Below are positions 1 through 6,671 of a stretch of 32,000 bases of DNA, piece after piece. The stretch is from Oscillospiraceae bacterium (GTDB lineage Bacteria; Bacillota; Clostridia; Oscillospirales; Ruminococcaceae). Positions within the stretch are counted from its first letter, which is position 1, and every line of letters begins with the position of its first letter. The DNA is taken from positions 153,992 to 185,991 of the forward strand of contig JAGOPP010000001.1 in NCBI GenBank assembly GCA_017991935.1. Direction: 5' to 3'. Under the pieces are notes generated by a model. That model had not been told where the DNA came from. It worked only from the letters and a program-made list of their open reading frames with translations, and did no database searches. The translations under genes and the position numbers were made by a program.

Positions 1-1257
1 GACGCAGAGATTCGCCATGCGGATCTTGCCGCCGGAGACGATGGCCATGCGCTCGATCTCGTTTTCGCGGAAGCCCTTCGCCTCCAAATCTTTGCAGAGG
101 CGGCGGTCGATCTCCAAAATAATCATATAGATCCGGGGAAGCAGCGCCTTGAGCGCGCCGGCGTCCCAGCACTCCAGCGCCTCCGGCATCACGGTGTGGT
201 TCGTGTAGCTGAAGGTGCGGAACGCGATGTCCCAGCTCTTCTCCCAGTCGTAGCCGCAGTCGTCAAGCAGCTGCCGCATCAGCTCGGGGATGGCGAGGGC
301 GGGGTGGGTGTCGTTGATGTGGATGGCGGCCTTCTGCGGCAGGGTCTCGAGCGTGCCGTAGTTGACGATATGCCGCCGGACGATGTCGGAGAGGGACGCC
401 GAGACCAGAAAATACTGCTGTTTCAGGCGTAGGAATTTGCCCTCGGCGTGGTTGTCGTTCGGGTAGAGGATGGAGGAGATGGCCTTCGCCATAGAGGCTT
501 TTCGGAACGCGTCGGGGTAATTCCCGGCGTTAAAGAGATCCATATCCATCTCCGGCGTCGTCGCCTTCCAGAGGCGCAGGCGGCTCACCTCCGGCGTATC
601 GAAGCCCGGGAGCATGACGTCGTAGGGCACGGCGCGGACGGTCTCAATATCTTCGTGCTCGACAAAATGGCGGCCGCCGTCCCAAAACTCCTTGATGTCG
701 CCGCCGAAGCGGACGTCGACGGACTTCTCGTTCTGCGCTTCGAGCCAGACGCCGCCGCCGGGCAGCCAGTCGTCCGGCTTCTCGCTCTGCCAGCCGTCGG
801 TAAGGATCTGGCGGAAGATGCCGTATTCAAAACAGATCGAGTAGCCCATGGCCTGTTTCCCGATGGTGGCAAGACCGTCCATGAAGCAGGCGGCAAGGCG
901 GCCGAGGCCGCCGTTTCCGAGGCCGGCGTCCGGCTCCCGGGCATAGATGCGCTCCGGGCTGATGCCGAATCCGGCGAGGGCCTCCTCATAGGCTTCCGTC
1001 AGGCCGAGATCGTAGAGGCTGTTTTTGAGCGAGCGGCCGAGCAAAAATTCCATGGAGAGATAGTAGATCTCCTTGTCGCCGCGGGAGACGTGGGCGGCGT
1101 TGGCGCGGCGCTCTTTTTCGGCGAGGATGCCGCGCAGCAGCATGGCCGAGACATTATAAATTTGGGAGTCGTCGGCGCTGTCCGGCGGGAGGAGGTGATA
1201 GGCCTCCGTCAGAGCTTTGAGCTTTTCGGTAAAAAAGGATCTGTCGAATTCGGACAT
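1..1257 (-). CDS. glgP: Glycogen/alpha-glucan phosphorylase, N-terminal 419 codons (rest lies beyond the left window edge)
   Basis: Absent from the ORF track because there is no stop in the window. My translation of the minus strand from ATG at 1257 (AAGGAG just upstream) gives MSEFDRSFFTEKLKALTEAYHLLPPD..GDKEIYYLSMEFLLGRSLKNSLYDLG..EPDAGLGNGGLGRLAACFMDGLAT..IHINDTHPALAIPELMR..IRMANLCV. These are hallmark alpha-glucan phosphorylase motifs. The frame stays open to position 1. Confidence 0.93.
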   Translation of the reverse strand, partial: MSEFDRSFFTEKLKALTEAYHLLPPDSADDSQIYNVSAMLLRGILAEKERRANAAHVSRGDKEIYYLSMEFLLGRSLKNSLYDLGLTEAYEEALAGFGISPERIYAREPDAGLGNGGLGRLAACFMDGLATIGKQAMGYSICFEYGIFRQILTDGWQSEKPDDWLPGGGVWLEAQNEKSVDVRFGGDIKEFWDGGRHFVEHEDIETVRAVPYDVMLPGFDTPEVSRLRLWKATTPEMDMDLFNAGNYPDAFRKASMAKAISSILYPNDNHAEGKFLRLKQQYFLVSASLSDIVRRHIVNYGTLETLPQKAAIHINDTHPALAIPELMRQLLDDCGYDWEKSWDIAFRTFSYTNHTVMPEALECWDAGALKALLPRIYMIILEIDRRLCKDLEAKGFRENEIERMAIVSGGKIRMANLCV

Positions 1258-1301
1258 AAGGGCTCCTTTTCGGTCATTTTGTTGAGAAAAGAATATATTC
1301 T

Positions 1302-1330
1302 ATTATATTCAGAAACCGTCGGCTTGACAA
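1302..1330 (-). promoter_or_regulatory. Sigma-A-type promoter for glgP
   Basis: The minus strand reads TTGTCA-17 nt-TATAAT (-35 at 1330-1325, -10 at 1307-1302). It lies about 45 nt upstream of the glgP ATG in an AT-rich divergent spacer. Confidence 0.6.
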
Positions 1331-1355
1331 GTTGGCCAAACGACCGAAAAAGAGT

Positions 1356-1383
1356 TTGCCAAACCGACAAAATGCGCTATAAT
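1356..1383 (+). promoter_or_regulatory. Sigma-A-type promoter for zapA-dut
   Basis: TTGCCA (1356-1361), 16 nt spacer, TATAAT (1378-1383), about 37 nt upstream of the zapA ATG. Confidence 0.6.
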
Positions 1384-1419
1384 ATAGCTAATATATTGCA
1401 CCTTACGGAGGGATCCGAG

Positions 1420-1770
1420 ATGGAACAGGTAAAAAAGATCAAAATCGACATTGCCGGCGCCAGTTACAGCATCAACTCCGCCGAAGAGGAGGGCTACGTC
1501 CTGAGCCTCTCGCGGGAGATCAACGGGGACATCCAGACCCTGATGTCGAGGAACCCGGCCCTTTCGCTCAACGACGCGCTGGTGCTCTGCGCGCTGAGCT
1601 ATCTCGACGAGTACAGGAAGGAATCCTCCAACAGCGATCACATCCGTTCCCAGCTCAAAGATTACCTCGGCGACACCGCCCGCGCCCGGATGGAAGTGGA
1701 CGAGGCTAACCGCCGCGCCGAGAAGCTGGAGAAAGAGCTCGAGGAGCTGCGGAAAAGATGGTCGAGGTGA
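1420..1770 (+). CDS. zapA: Cell division protein ZapA
   Basis: Internal ATG of track ORF 448..1770, preceded by GGAGGGA. The sequence MEQVKKIKIDIAGASYSINSAEEEGYVLSLSREINGDIQTL..LNDALVLCALSYLDEY plus a C-terminal coiled coil (EKLEKELEELRK) is the ZapA pattern. The upstream part of the track ORF is antisense to glgP. Confidence 0.88.
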   Translation: MEQVKKIKIDIAGASYSINSAEEEGYVLSLSREINGDIQTLMSRNPALSLNDALVLCALSYLDEYRKESSNSDHIRSQLKDYLGDTARARMEVDEANRRAEKLEKELEELRKRWSR

Positions 1771-2195
1771 CAATCAAGCTCCTTTCGGAGAACGCGGTAT
1801 TCCCGGAAAAGGCGACGGACGGCGCCGCGTGCCGGGACGTTTCCGCCTGCCTCGACGGGCCGGTCACCATCCTGCCGGGAAAGACCATGCTGATCCCCAC
1901 GGGCTTCGCGATGGCGGTGCCGGAGGGCTACGCGGCGTTTGTGTTCGCGAGAAGCGGCCTCGGCATCAAAAAAGAGATCGCGCCCGGGAACTGCGTCGGC
2001 GTCGTCGACTCGGATTACCGCGGCGAGGTGAAGGTCGGCCTCTGGAACCGGGGAGACATGCCTTATACTATTATGCCCGGAGATCGGATCGCGCAAATCG
2101 CGATTCTTCCGGTTCCCGAGACGCGATGGACGGCCGCGGAGGAACTGCCGGAGAGCGGGCGCGGCGCCGGCGGCTTCGGCTCGACCGGACAATAG
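1758..2195 (+). CDS. dut: dUTP diphosphatase (trimeric dUTPase)
   Basis: 145 aa carrying the dUTPase motifs ARSGLGIKK, GVVDSDYRGEV, PGDRIAQ and RGAGGFGSTG. Overlaps the zapA end by 13 nt, which suggests operon coupling. Confidence 0.93.
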   Translation: MVEVTIKLLSENAVFPEKATDGAACRDVSACLDGPVTILPGKTMLIPTGFAMAVPEGYAAFVFARSGLGIKKEIAPGNCVGVVDSDYRGEVKVGLWNRGDMPYTIMPGDRIAQIAILPVPETRWTAAEELPESGRGAGGFGSTGQ

Positions 2196-2328
2196 GCCCG
2201 GCGCGCCGGTTCCGAGAGGATCGGGCACTCCCCGTTCGCGGGGGAGCGAAGGACGGGCCGGCGGCGGAATCAGAACCGCTTTTGACCCGGCTTCCCGTTC
2301 GCGGGGGCAAAAAACTATGGGAGAAAAA

Positions 2329-2362
2329 GACGGGAGCCTTTCGCGGTTCCCGTCCCTTTTTG
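2329..2362 (+). terminator. Intrinsic terminator downstream of dut
   Basis: About 10-bp stem (GACGGGAGCC / GGTTCCCGTC with one wobble), 6-nt loop, followed by CCTTTTTGT. Confidence 0.6.
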
Positions 2363-2463
2363 TCTCTCTTTCATGGACCCGGTCGCCGCAGGCCGCCTTT
2401 TTTGTTCGCCTTTTAAGAAACCGGCGGCCGCGGGGCCGCCTTGCCGGGGTTTCGGCCCCGGAT

Positions 2464-3012
2464 TCATAGCAGGCCGATCAGCCTCGCCGTCTCCGCGAGC
2501 GGGAAGCCCACGACGTTGTAATAATCGCCATGAATGGCCTTGACCAGCACGCAGCCTTTGCCTTGGATGCCGTAGGCGCCCGCCTTATCCATCGGCTCCC
2601 CGGTGGCGATATAGCTGCGGATCAGCTCGTCGGAGAGGAGATAGAACTCCACCTCCGTCGTCTGCGTAAAGGAGCGGACCTCGCCCCTTTCCGCAGACGC
2701 GACCCCGGTCAGCACCAGATGCTTCCGGCCGGAGAGCGCCTTGAGCATGCGAAAGGCGTCCGCCTCGTCCCTCGGCTTGCCGAGGAGCTCGCCGTCGAGC
2801 GCGACCACCGTGTCCGCGCCGATCACAAGATCGTCCGGACGCTCGGCCGCGACTTCCAGCGCCTTTCGCCGCGCAAGAAATTCCGGCGCCTCGTCCCACG
2901 GGGTCCCGTCCGGGACGGTCTCGCCGCCCTTCGCCGGGACGCAGAGGTATTCGGGCACGATGAGCCGCAGGAGCTCCCGCCTTCTTGGGGAGCCGGACGC
3001 GAGAATGACCAT
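2464..3012 (-). CDS. maf: Maf-family nucleoside triphosphate pyrophosphatase / septum formation inhibitor
   Basis: Internal ATG at 3012 of track ORF 2464..3093 gives MVILASGSPRRRELL.., the canonical Maf N-terminus. Also present: GADTVV, KAGAYGIQG and YNVVGFP motifs. Confidence 0.92.
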   Translation of the reverse strand: MVILASGSPRRRELLRLIVPEYLCVPAKGGETVPDGTPWDEAPEFLARRKALEVAAERPDDLVIGADTVVALDGELLGKPRDEADAFRMLKALSGRKHLVLTGVASAERGEVRSFTQTTEVEFYLLSDELIRSYIATGEPMDKAGAYGIQGKGCVLVKAIHGDYYNVVGFPLAETARLIGLL

Positions 3013-3062
3013 ACGCCGCCGCCTTTCCGGGGGAAAGATATTTCCATAAAAATATTTGCAAT

Positions 3063-3091
3063 GAAAAAGCGCCGGCCCGGAGTGGGCCGGC
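3063..3091 (-). terminator. Intrinsic terminator (minus strand) downstream of the aminotransferase gene
   Basis: Perfect 8-bp GC stem GCCGGCCC/GGGCCGGC (3071-3078 / 3084-3091) with a 5-nt loop, followed on the minus strand by GCTTTTTCAT. It sits only 51 nt upstream of the maf ATG. Confidence 0.65.
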
Positions 3092-3285
3092 ACTTTATTA
3101 TACCTGATTCCGTTTCAAATATCAAATCCGAGGGACCGCGCCGCAGGCTGTCGGGGGTTTCCCCATGGCCAAAAGCGGGCCGGCGGCGCGCCCGATACGC
3201 AAAGATCCGCCGAGGCCGAAAAAAGATTTCAGGCCGTCGGCCGCGGGTCACGCCGGGGATCGGAGATCTTTTTCCAAGCTTCGCC

Positions 3286-4572
3286 TTACCGGCCCAGCAG
3301 GGCCTCCGCCGAGGCGAGCCTCGCGGCGATGCAAAACACCTCGATGGCCTGCTTGAGCTCCGCGATCGGCGGGAACGTCGGCGCGAGGCGGAGGCTCGAA
3401 TCCTTCGGGTCGCGCAGGTAGGGATAGACCGCGCCGGCGGGGGTCAGCACGACGCCGGCCTCCTTGCAGAGCGCGACGGTGCGCTTGGCCGTGCCGGGGA
3501 TGAGGTCGATGCCGATGAAATAGCCGCCCTTTGGGCGCACCCAGCTGCCCACGCCGGAGCCGTCGAGGTCGCGGTCAAGGATCTCGAGCACCGCCTCGAA
3601 TTTCGGGCGGATGATCACGGCCATGCGGTCCATCTGCTCGTAGATGCCCTCAAGATTTTTAAAGAAGCGGGCGTGGTTGAGCTGGTTGATCTTATCCGGG
3701 CCGATGGTCTGGAAGGCGAGCTGTTTTTTGATGAACCCAAGGTTGTTCGCCGAAGAAGAGAAAGCCGCGATACCCGCGGACGGGAACGTGATCTTGTTGG
3801 TGCTGGAAAAGATGTAGACGTGGTCCTCGGTGCCGTATTTTTCGGCCTCGCGCAGCAGGCAGGGGATGCGGGTGCGGCGGTCGGGGTAGAGGTCGTGGAC
3901 CGAGTAGGCGTTGTCCCAGAAGATGCGGAAGTCGCCCGCCGCGGGGCGCAGTTTCGCGAAGCGGTCGATCGTCTCGTCGGAGTAGACGATGCCCTGCGGG
4001 TTGGAGAACTGCGGCACGCACCAGATGCCCTTGACGGAGGGGTCTTTGACCAGCTTCTCGACGGCGTCCATGTCGGGGCCGTCCGGCGTCATCGCGACCG
4101 GGATCATCTCAAAGCCAAAAAACTCCGTGACGGCGAAGTGGCGGTCGTAGCCCGGCGCGGGGCAAAGCCATTTGCGGTCCTTGACCTCATACCACGGCTT
4201 CTCCGAGCCGTAGACGCCGTGCGTCATCGCGCGGGCGATCATATCGTACATCAGCGTCAGCGAGCTGGAGCCTTCGCAGAGGACCTCGTCCGGCCCGACG
4301 CCCATGATCTCGGCCATCAGCCGGCGGCACTCCGGGATGCCCTCGAGGCAGCCGTAGTTGCGGCAGTCGATCCCGTTTTCGGAGATGTAGCTGCCCGGCC
4401 GCGAGGTGACGTTGTCGAGCAGCGTGCTCGTGATATCGAGCTGCTCCTTGCAGGGCTTTCCGCGGCTCATATCCAGTTTGAGCCCGAGGGCCTTTTTTTC
4501 TTCCAGCGCCTGTTTGAGCGTCTCCTGTTCGGCAAGAAGCTCCTCGTGGGAGAGTTCCAGATAATTTTTCAT
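3286..4572 (-). CDS. PLP-dependent aminotransferase (class I/II fold, aspartate/aromatic-type)
   Basis: The track ORF 3286..4611 begins at a TTG. The ATG at 4572 gives MKNYLELSHEELLAEQETLKQALEEKKALGLKLDMSRGKP.., an N-terminus and length (428 aa) typical of a clostridial/Bacteroides-type aminotransferase family. Substrate cannot be assigned from sequence alone. Confidence 0.85.
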   Translation of the reverse strand: MKNYLELSHEELLAEQETLKQALEEKKALGLKLDMSRGKPCKEQLDITSTLLDNVTSRPGSYISENGIDCRNYGCLEGIPECRRLMAEIMGVGPDEVLCEGSSSLTLMYDMIARAMTHGVYGSEKPWYEVKDRKWLCPAPGYDRHFAVTEFFGFEMIPVAMTPDGPDMDAVEKLVKDPSVKGIWCVPQFSNPQGIVYSDETIDRFAKLRPAAGDFRIFWDNAYSVHDLYPDRRTRIPCLLREAEKYGTEDHVYIFSSTNKITFPSAGIAAFSSSANNLGFIKKQLAFQTIGPDKINQLNHARFFKNLEGIYEQMDRMAVIIRPKFEAVLEILDRDLDGSGVGSWVRPKGGYFIGIDLIPGTAKRTVALCKEAGVVLTPAGAVYPYLRDPKDSSLRLAPTFPPIAELKQAIEVFCIAARLASAEALLGR

Positions 4573-5004
4573 TGATTCAGCCTGCTTTCTTACACGGAGT
4601 AGGTTCTCCAAAATCCGTGCACGTTTTTAGAATGAGAGGATTCTGTCCCAAATATACGGTTGGCGAAAAAGCGGGGAAAGTCTTGTGGAACCGGCTCATT
4701 TTGCAAGATCTCAAGAAAGAAAATTCAAAAATGAAGCTTTTCCGTCGCGAAGATTTCATACACAAGAGCCCTCTCATTTCTGAGAGAGCCCCTTTTTGGA
4801 AATTGCGCTTAGCCGACGCTAAGCGCTCCGAGTTTTTCTTCGCGGCCCGAAAGGATGGCCGCGATTTCCTTCGGAAACCGAAAAACTCGCCGTTACCCGA
4901 AACCGAAACCTTAGTTTGCCTCCGCGCTCCAAAAGCGGGAGCGTGATTTTGGCTTCGCCAAAACCATCAAACTCATCGCTTTTCCCAAACCCGGGAGATT
5001 ACCT

Positions 5005-6405
5005 TTAAAATTCCGCGCTGCCGGTCGTTCTGGGGAAGGGCAGCACGTCGCGGATGTTCTCGATGCCGGTGAGATACATGATGACCCGCTCGAAGCCGAG
5101 GCCGAAGCCCGCGTGCTTGCACCCGCCGTAGCGGCGCAGGTCAAGGTACCACCAGTAGTCCTCTTCGCGGAGTCCGAGCTCCCGGATGCGGTCGAGCAGC
5201 GCCTCAAGGCGCTCTTCGCGCTGGCTGCCGCCGACGATCTCGCCGACGCCCGGCACCAGCAGATCCGCCGCCGCGACGGTCTTGCCGTCGTCGTTCATGC
5301 GCATATAGAAGGCCTTGATCTCCTTCGGGTAGTCGGTGACGAAGATCGGGGACTGGTAAACCACCTCGGTGAGATACCGCTCGTGCTCGGTTTGGAGGTC
5401 GCAGCCCCAGTAGACGGGGTACTGAAACTCATGTCCGGAATTCAGCAGAATCTCGACGGCCTCGGTGTAGCTGACGCGGACGAACTGAGCGTTGATGATG
5501 GATTCGAGGCGCTCGATCAGATGGTGCTCCGGGTCGATGAAGTCGTTGAAGAACCGCATCTCCTGCGGGCAGGTATCGAGCACATAGCGAAAAACAAATT
5601 TGATCAGGTCCTCGGAGAGCTGCATCTCGTCGGCAAGCTCGGCGAAGGCGATCTCCGGCTCGATCATCCAGAATTCGGCCGCGTGGCGCTGGGTGTAGGA
5701 TTTCTCGGCGCGGAAGGTCGGCCCGAACGTGTAGATGTTGGAGAAGGCGAGCGCCATGGCCTCGCCCTCAAGCTGTCCGGAGACGGTGAGGCCCGCGGGC
5801 TTGCAGAAGAAATCTTGGCTGAAATCCACGGCGCCGTCCTCGCAGCGCGGCGGGTCGCTCGGGTCGAGCGTGGTGACGCGGAACATCTCGCCCGCGCCCT
5901 CGCAGTCGGAGCCCGTGATCAGCGGCGTGTGCACGTAGACGAAGCCGCGCTCCTGAAAGAATTTGTGGATGGCGTAGGCGGCGACGCTGCGCACCCGGAA
6001 CGCCGCGCTGAAGGTGCTCGTGCGCGGGCGCAGGTGGGCGATCGTGCGCAGATATTCGAGGGAATGGCGTTTTTTCTGGAGCGGGTAGTCCGGCGTGGAC
6101 TGCCCCTCGACGGCGATCTCCGTCGCGTGCAGCTCGAAGGGCTGCTTGAGCTCCGGGGTCAGGACGATCCGCCCCACGACCGAGACGGCCGCGCCGACGT
6201 TGAGCTTGGTGATCTCCTTATAATTTTCGAGCTTATCCTCCTCGTAGACGACCTGCAAATTGGAGAAGCAGGTGCCGTCGTTGAGCTCGATAAAGCCGAG
6301 AGATTTGGAGTTGCGGGAAGTGCGCAGCCAGCCGCAGATTTTGACCGGCGCGGCGGTGTAGCTTTCCGGCGCGGCATAGATGTGCCGCAGCTCCGTTCGA
6401 TTCAT
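5005..6405 (-). CDS. asnS: Asparagine--tRNA ligase
   Basis: ATG at 6405 with GGAG upstream (the track ORF extends to 6447). An OB-fold N-domain ([25 protein letters not shown]) is followed by a class IIb core ([38 protein letters not shown]). The 466-aa length is typical of AsnRS. Confidence 0.95.
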   Translation of the reverse strand: MNRTELRHIYAAPESYTAAPVKICGWLRTSRNSKSLGFIELNDGTCFSNLQVVYEEDKLENYKEITKLNVGAAVSVVGRIVLTPELKQPFELHATEIAVEGQSTPDYPLQKKRHSLEYLRTIAHLRPRTSTFSAAFRVRSVAAYAIHKFFQERGFVYVHTPLITGSDCEGAGEMFRVTTLDPSDPPRCEDGAVDFSQDFFCKPAGLTVSGQLEGEAMALAFSNIYTFGPTFRAEKSYTQRHAAEFWMIEPEIAFAELADEMQLSEDLIKFVFRYVLDTCPQEMRFFNDFIDPEHHLIERLESIINAQFVRVSYTEAVEILLNSGHEFQYPVYWGCDLQTEHERYLTEVVYQSPIFVTDYPKEIKAFYMRMNDDGKTVAAADLLVPGVGEIVGGSQREERLEALLDRIRELGLREEDYWWYLDLRRYGGCKHAGFGLGFERVIMYLTGIENIRDVLPFPRTTGSAEF

Positions 6406-6455
6406 TTCAATCACTCCAGTTGCGTTTTTGGGCGGTCCAGCCGTCAATATGTCTT

Positions 6456-6484
6456 AATATATCATATTATTATCGCTTTTGCAA
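6456..6484 (-). promoter_or_regulatory. Sigma-A-type promoter for asnS
   Basis: The minus strand reads TTGCAA (6484-6479), 17 nt spacer, TATATT (6461-6456). This leaves a leader of about 45 nt, which is too short for a T-box. Confidence 0.55.
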
Positions 6485-6540
6485 CAGAAAAGATGCAAGA
6501 CGGTCGGGCGTAAATTTCAGATTTTTTTGTTTTAAATGGA

Positions 6541-6579
6541 GACGCGGCCCCGTTTTCGCGGCGGGGGGCGCGTCTTTTG
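6541..6579 (+). terminator. Orphan terminator-like hairpin between the divergent asnS and pcrA promoters
   Basis: GACGCG-G-CCCC / GGGG-G-CGCGTC (10 bp, one mismatch, about 12-nt loop) followed by TTTTGC on the plus strand. An A/T-rich run precedes it. No plus-strand gene ends here. Confidence 0.45.
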
Positions 6580-6606
6580 CAGGAAAGCCTGCGCCCGGAA
6601 AGGTGG

Positions 6607-6635
6607 TTGCGGCTTTTGCGGGAATAGAGTATAAT
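6607..6635 (+). promoter_or_regulatory. Sigma-A-type promoter for pcrA
   Basis: TTGCGG (6607-6612), 17 nt spacer, TATAAT (6630-6635), 36 nt upstream of the pcrA ATG. Confidence 0.55.
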
Positions 6636-6671
6636 ATTTCCTTAGCATATTGAAACGCAAGAGAGGTCAAC

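Noticed and set aside
448-1419. N-terminal extensions offered by the ORF track: 448..1770 for zapA, 3093 for maf, 4611 for the aminotransferase, 6447 for asnS, 14119 for rplU, 16579 for mrnC, 18580 for yabP, 20321 for the amidohydrolase, 23684 for the HAD gene, 25634 for rpsF, 26801 for the RING-like gene and 29766 for the loader.
   Set aside because: In each case an internal start has a proper SD and yields the canonical family N-terminus. The extension overlaps another gene, a promoter or a terminator, or it begins at a TTG or GTG without an SD.
2530-4575. Very long ORFs in the track lie opposite or out of frame to recognised genes. Examples: 2530..4575(+), 5113..6513(+), 6642..7355(-), 7467..8744(-), 9092..10237(-), 11395..12021(-), 12037..12630(-), 12702..13391(-), 15191..16486(-), 16770..17435(-), 20312..21631(-), 20572..21720(+), 21851..22561(-), 22731..23396(+), 23464..24192(-), 25942..26768 (both strands), 27253..28161(-), 28174..29265(+), 30285..31439(-), 31375..31902(-).
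   Set aside because: Each one mirrors a gene on the other strand or frame that has clear family motifs, an SD and sensible boundaries. Their products are Arg/Ala/Gly/Pro-rich low-complexity strings typical of stop-poor antisense frames in GC-rich DNA. Several run straight through promoters, terminators or the tRNA.
4572-4946. Track ORFs inside the asnS-aminotransferase spacer (4572..4946 plus, 124 aa; 4577..4777 minus, 66 aa) as possible small proteins.
   Set aside because: Neither has an SD. Both have atypical codon usage and composition for this genome and no recognisable motif, and both cross stable hairpins. I treat the region as non-coding (see the corresponding finding).
6598-6613. GAAAGGTGGTTGCGGC resembles the T-box core (GGGTGGTACCGCG), and I wondered about T-box control of asnS.
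   Set aside because: It is on the wrong strand for asnS and lies upstream of pcrA, which is not an aminoacyl-tRNA-related gene. The match is partial. The asnS leader from its predicted promoter is only about 45 nt, and there is no specifier or antiterminator architecture.
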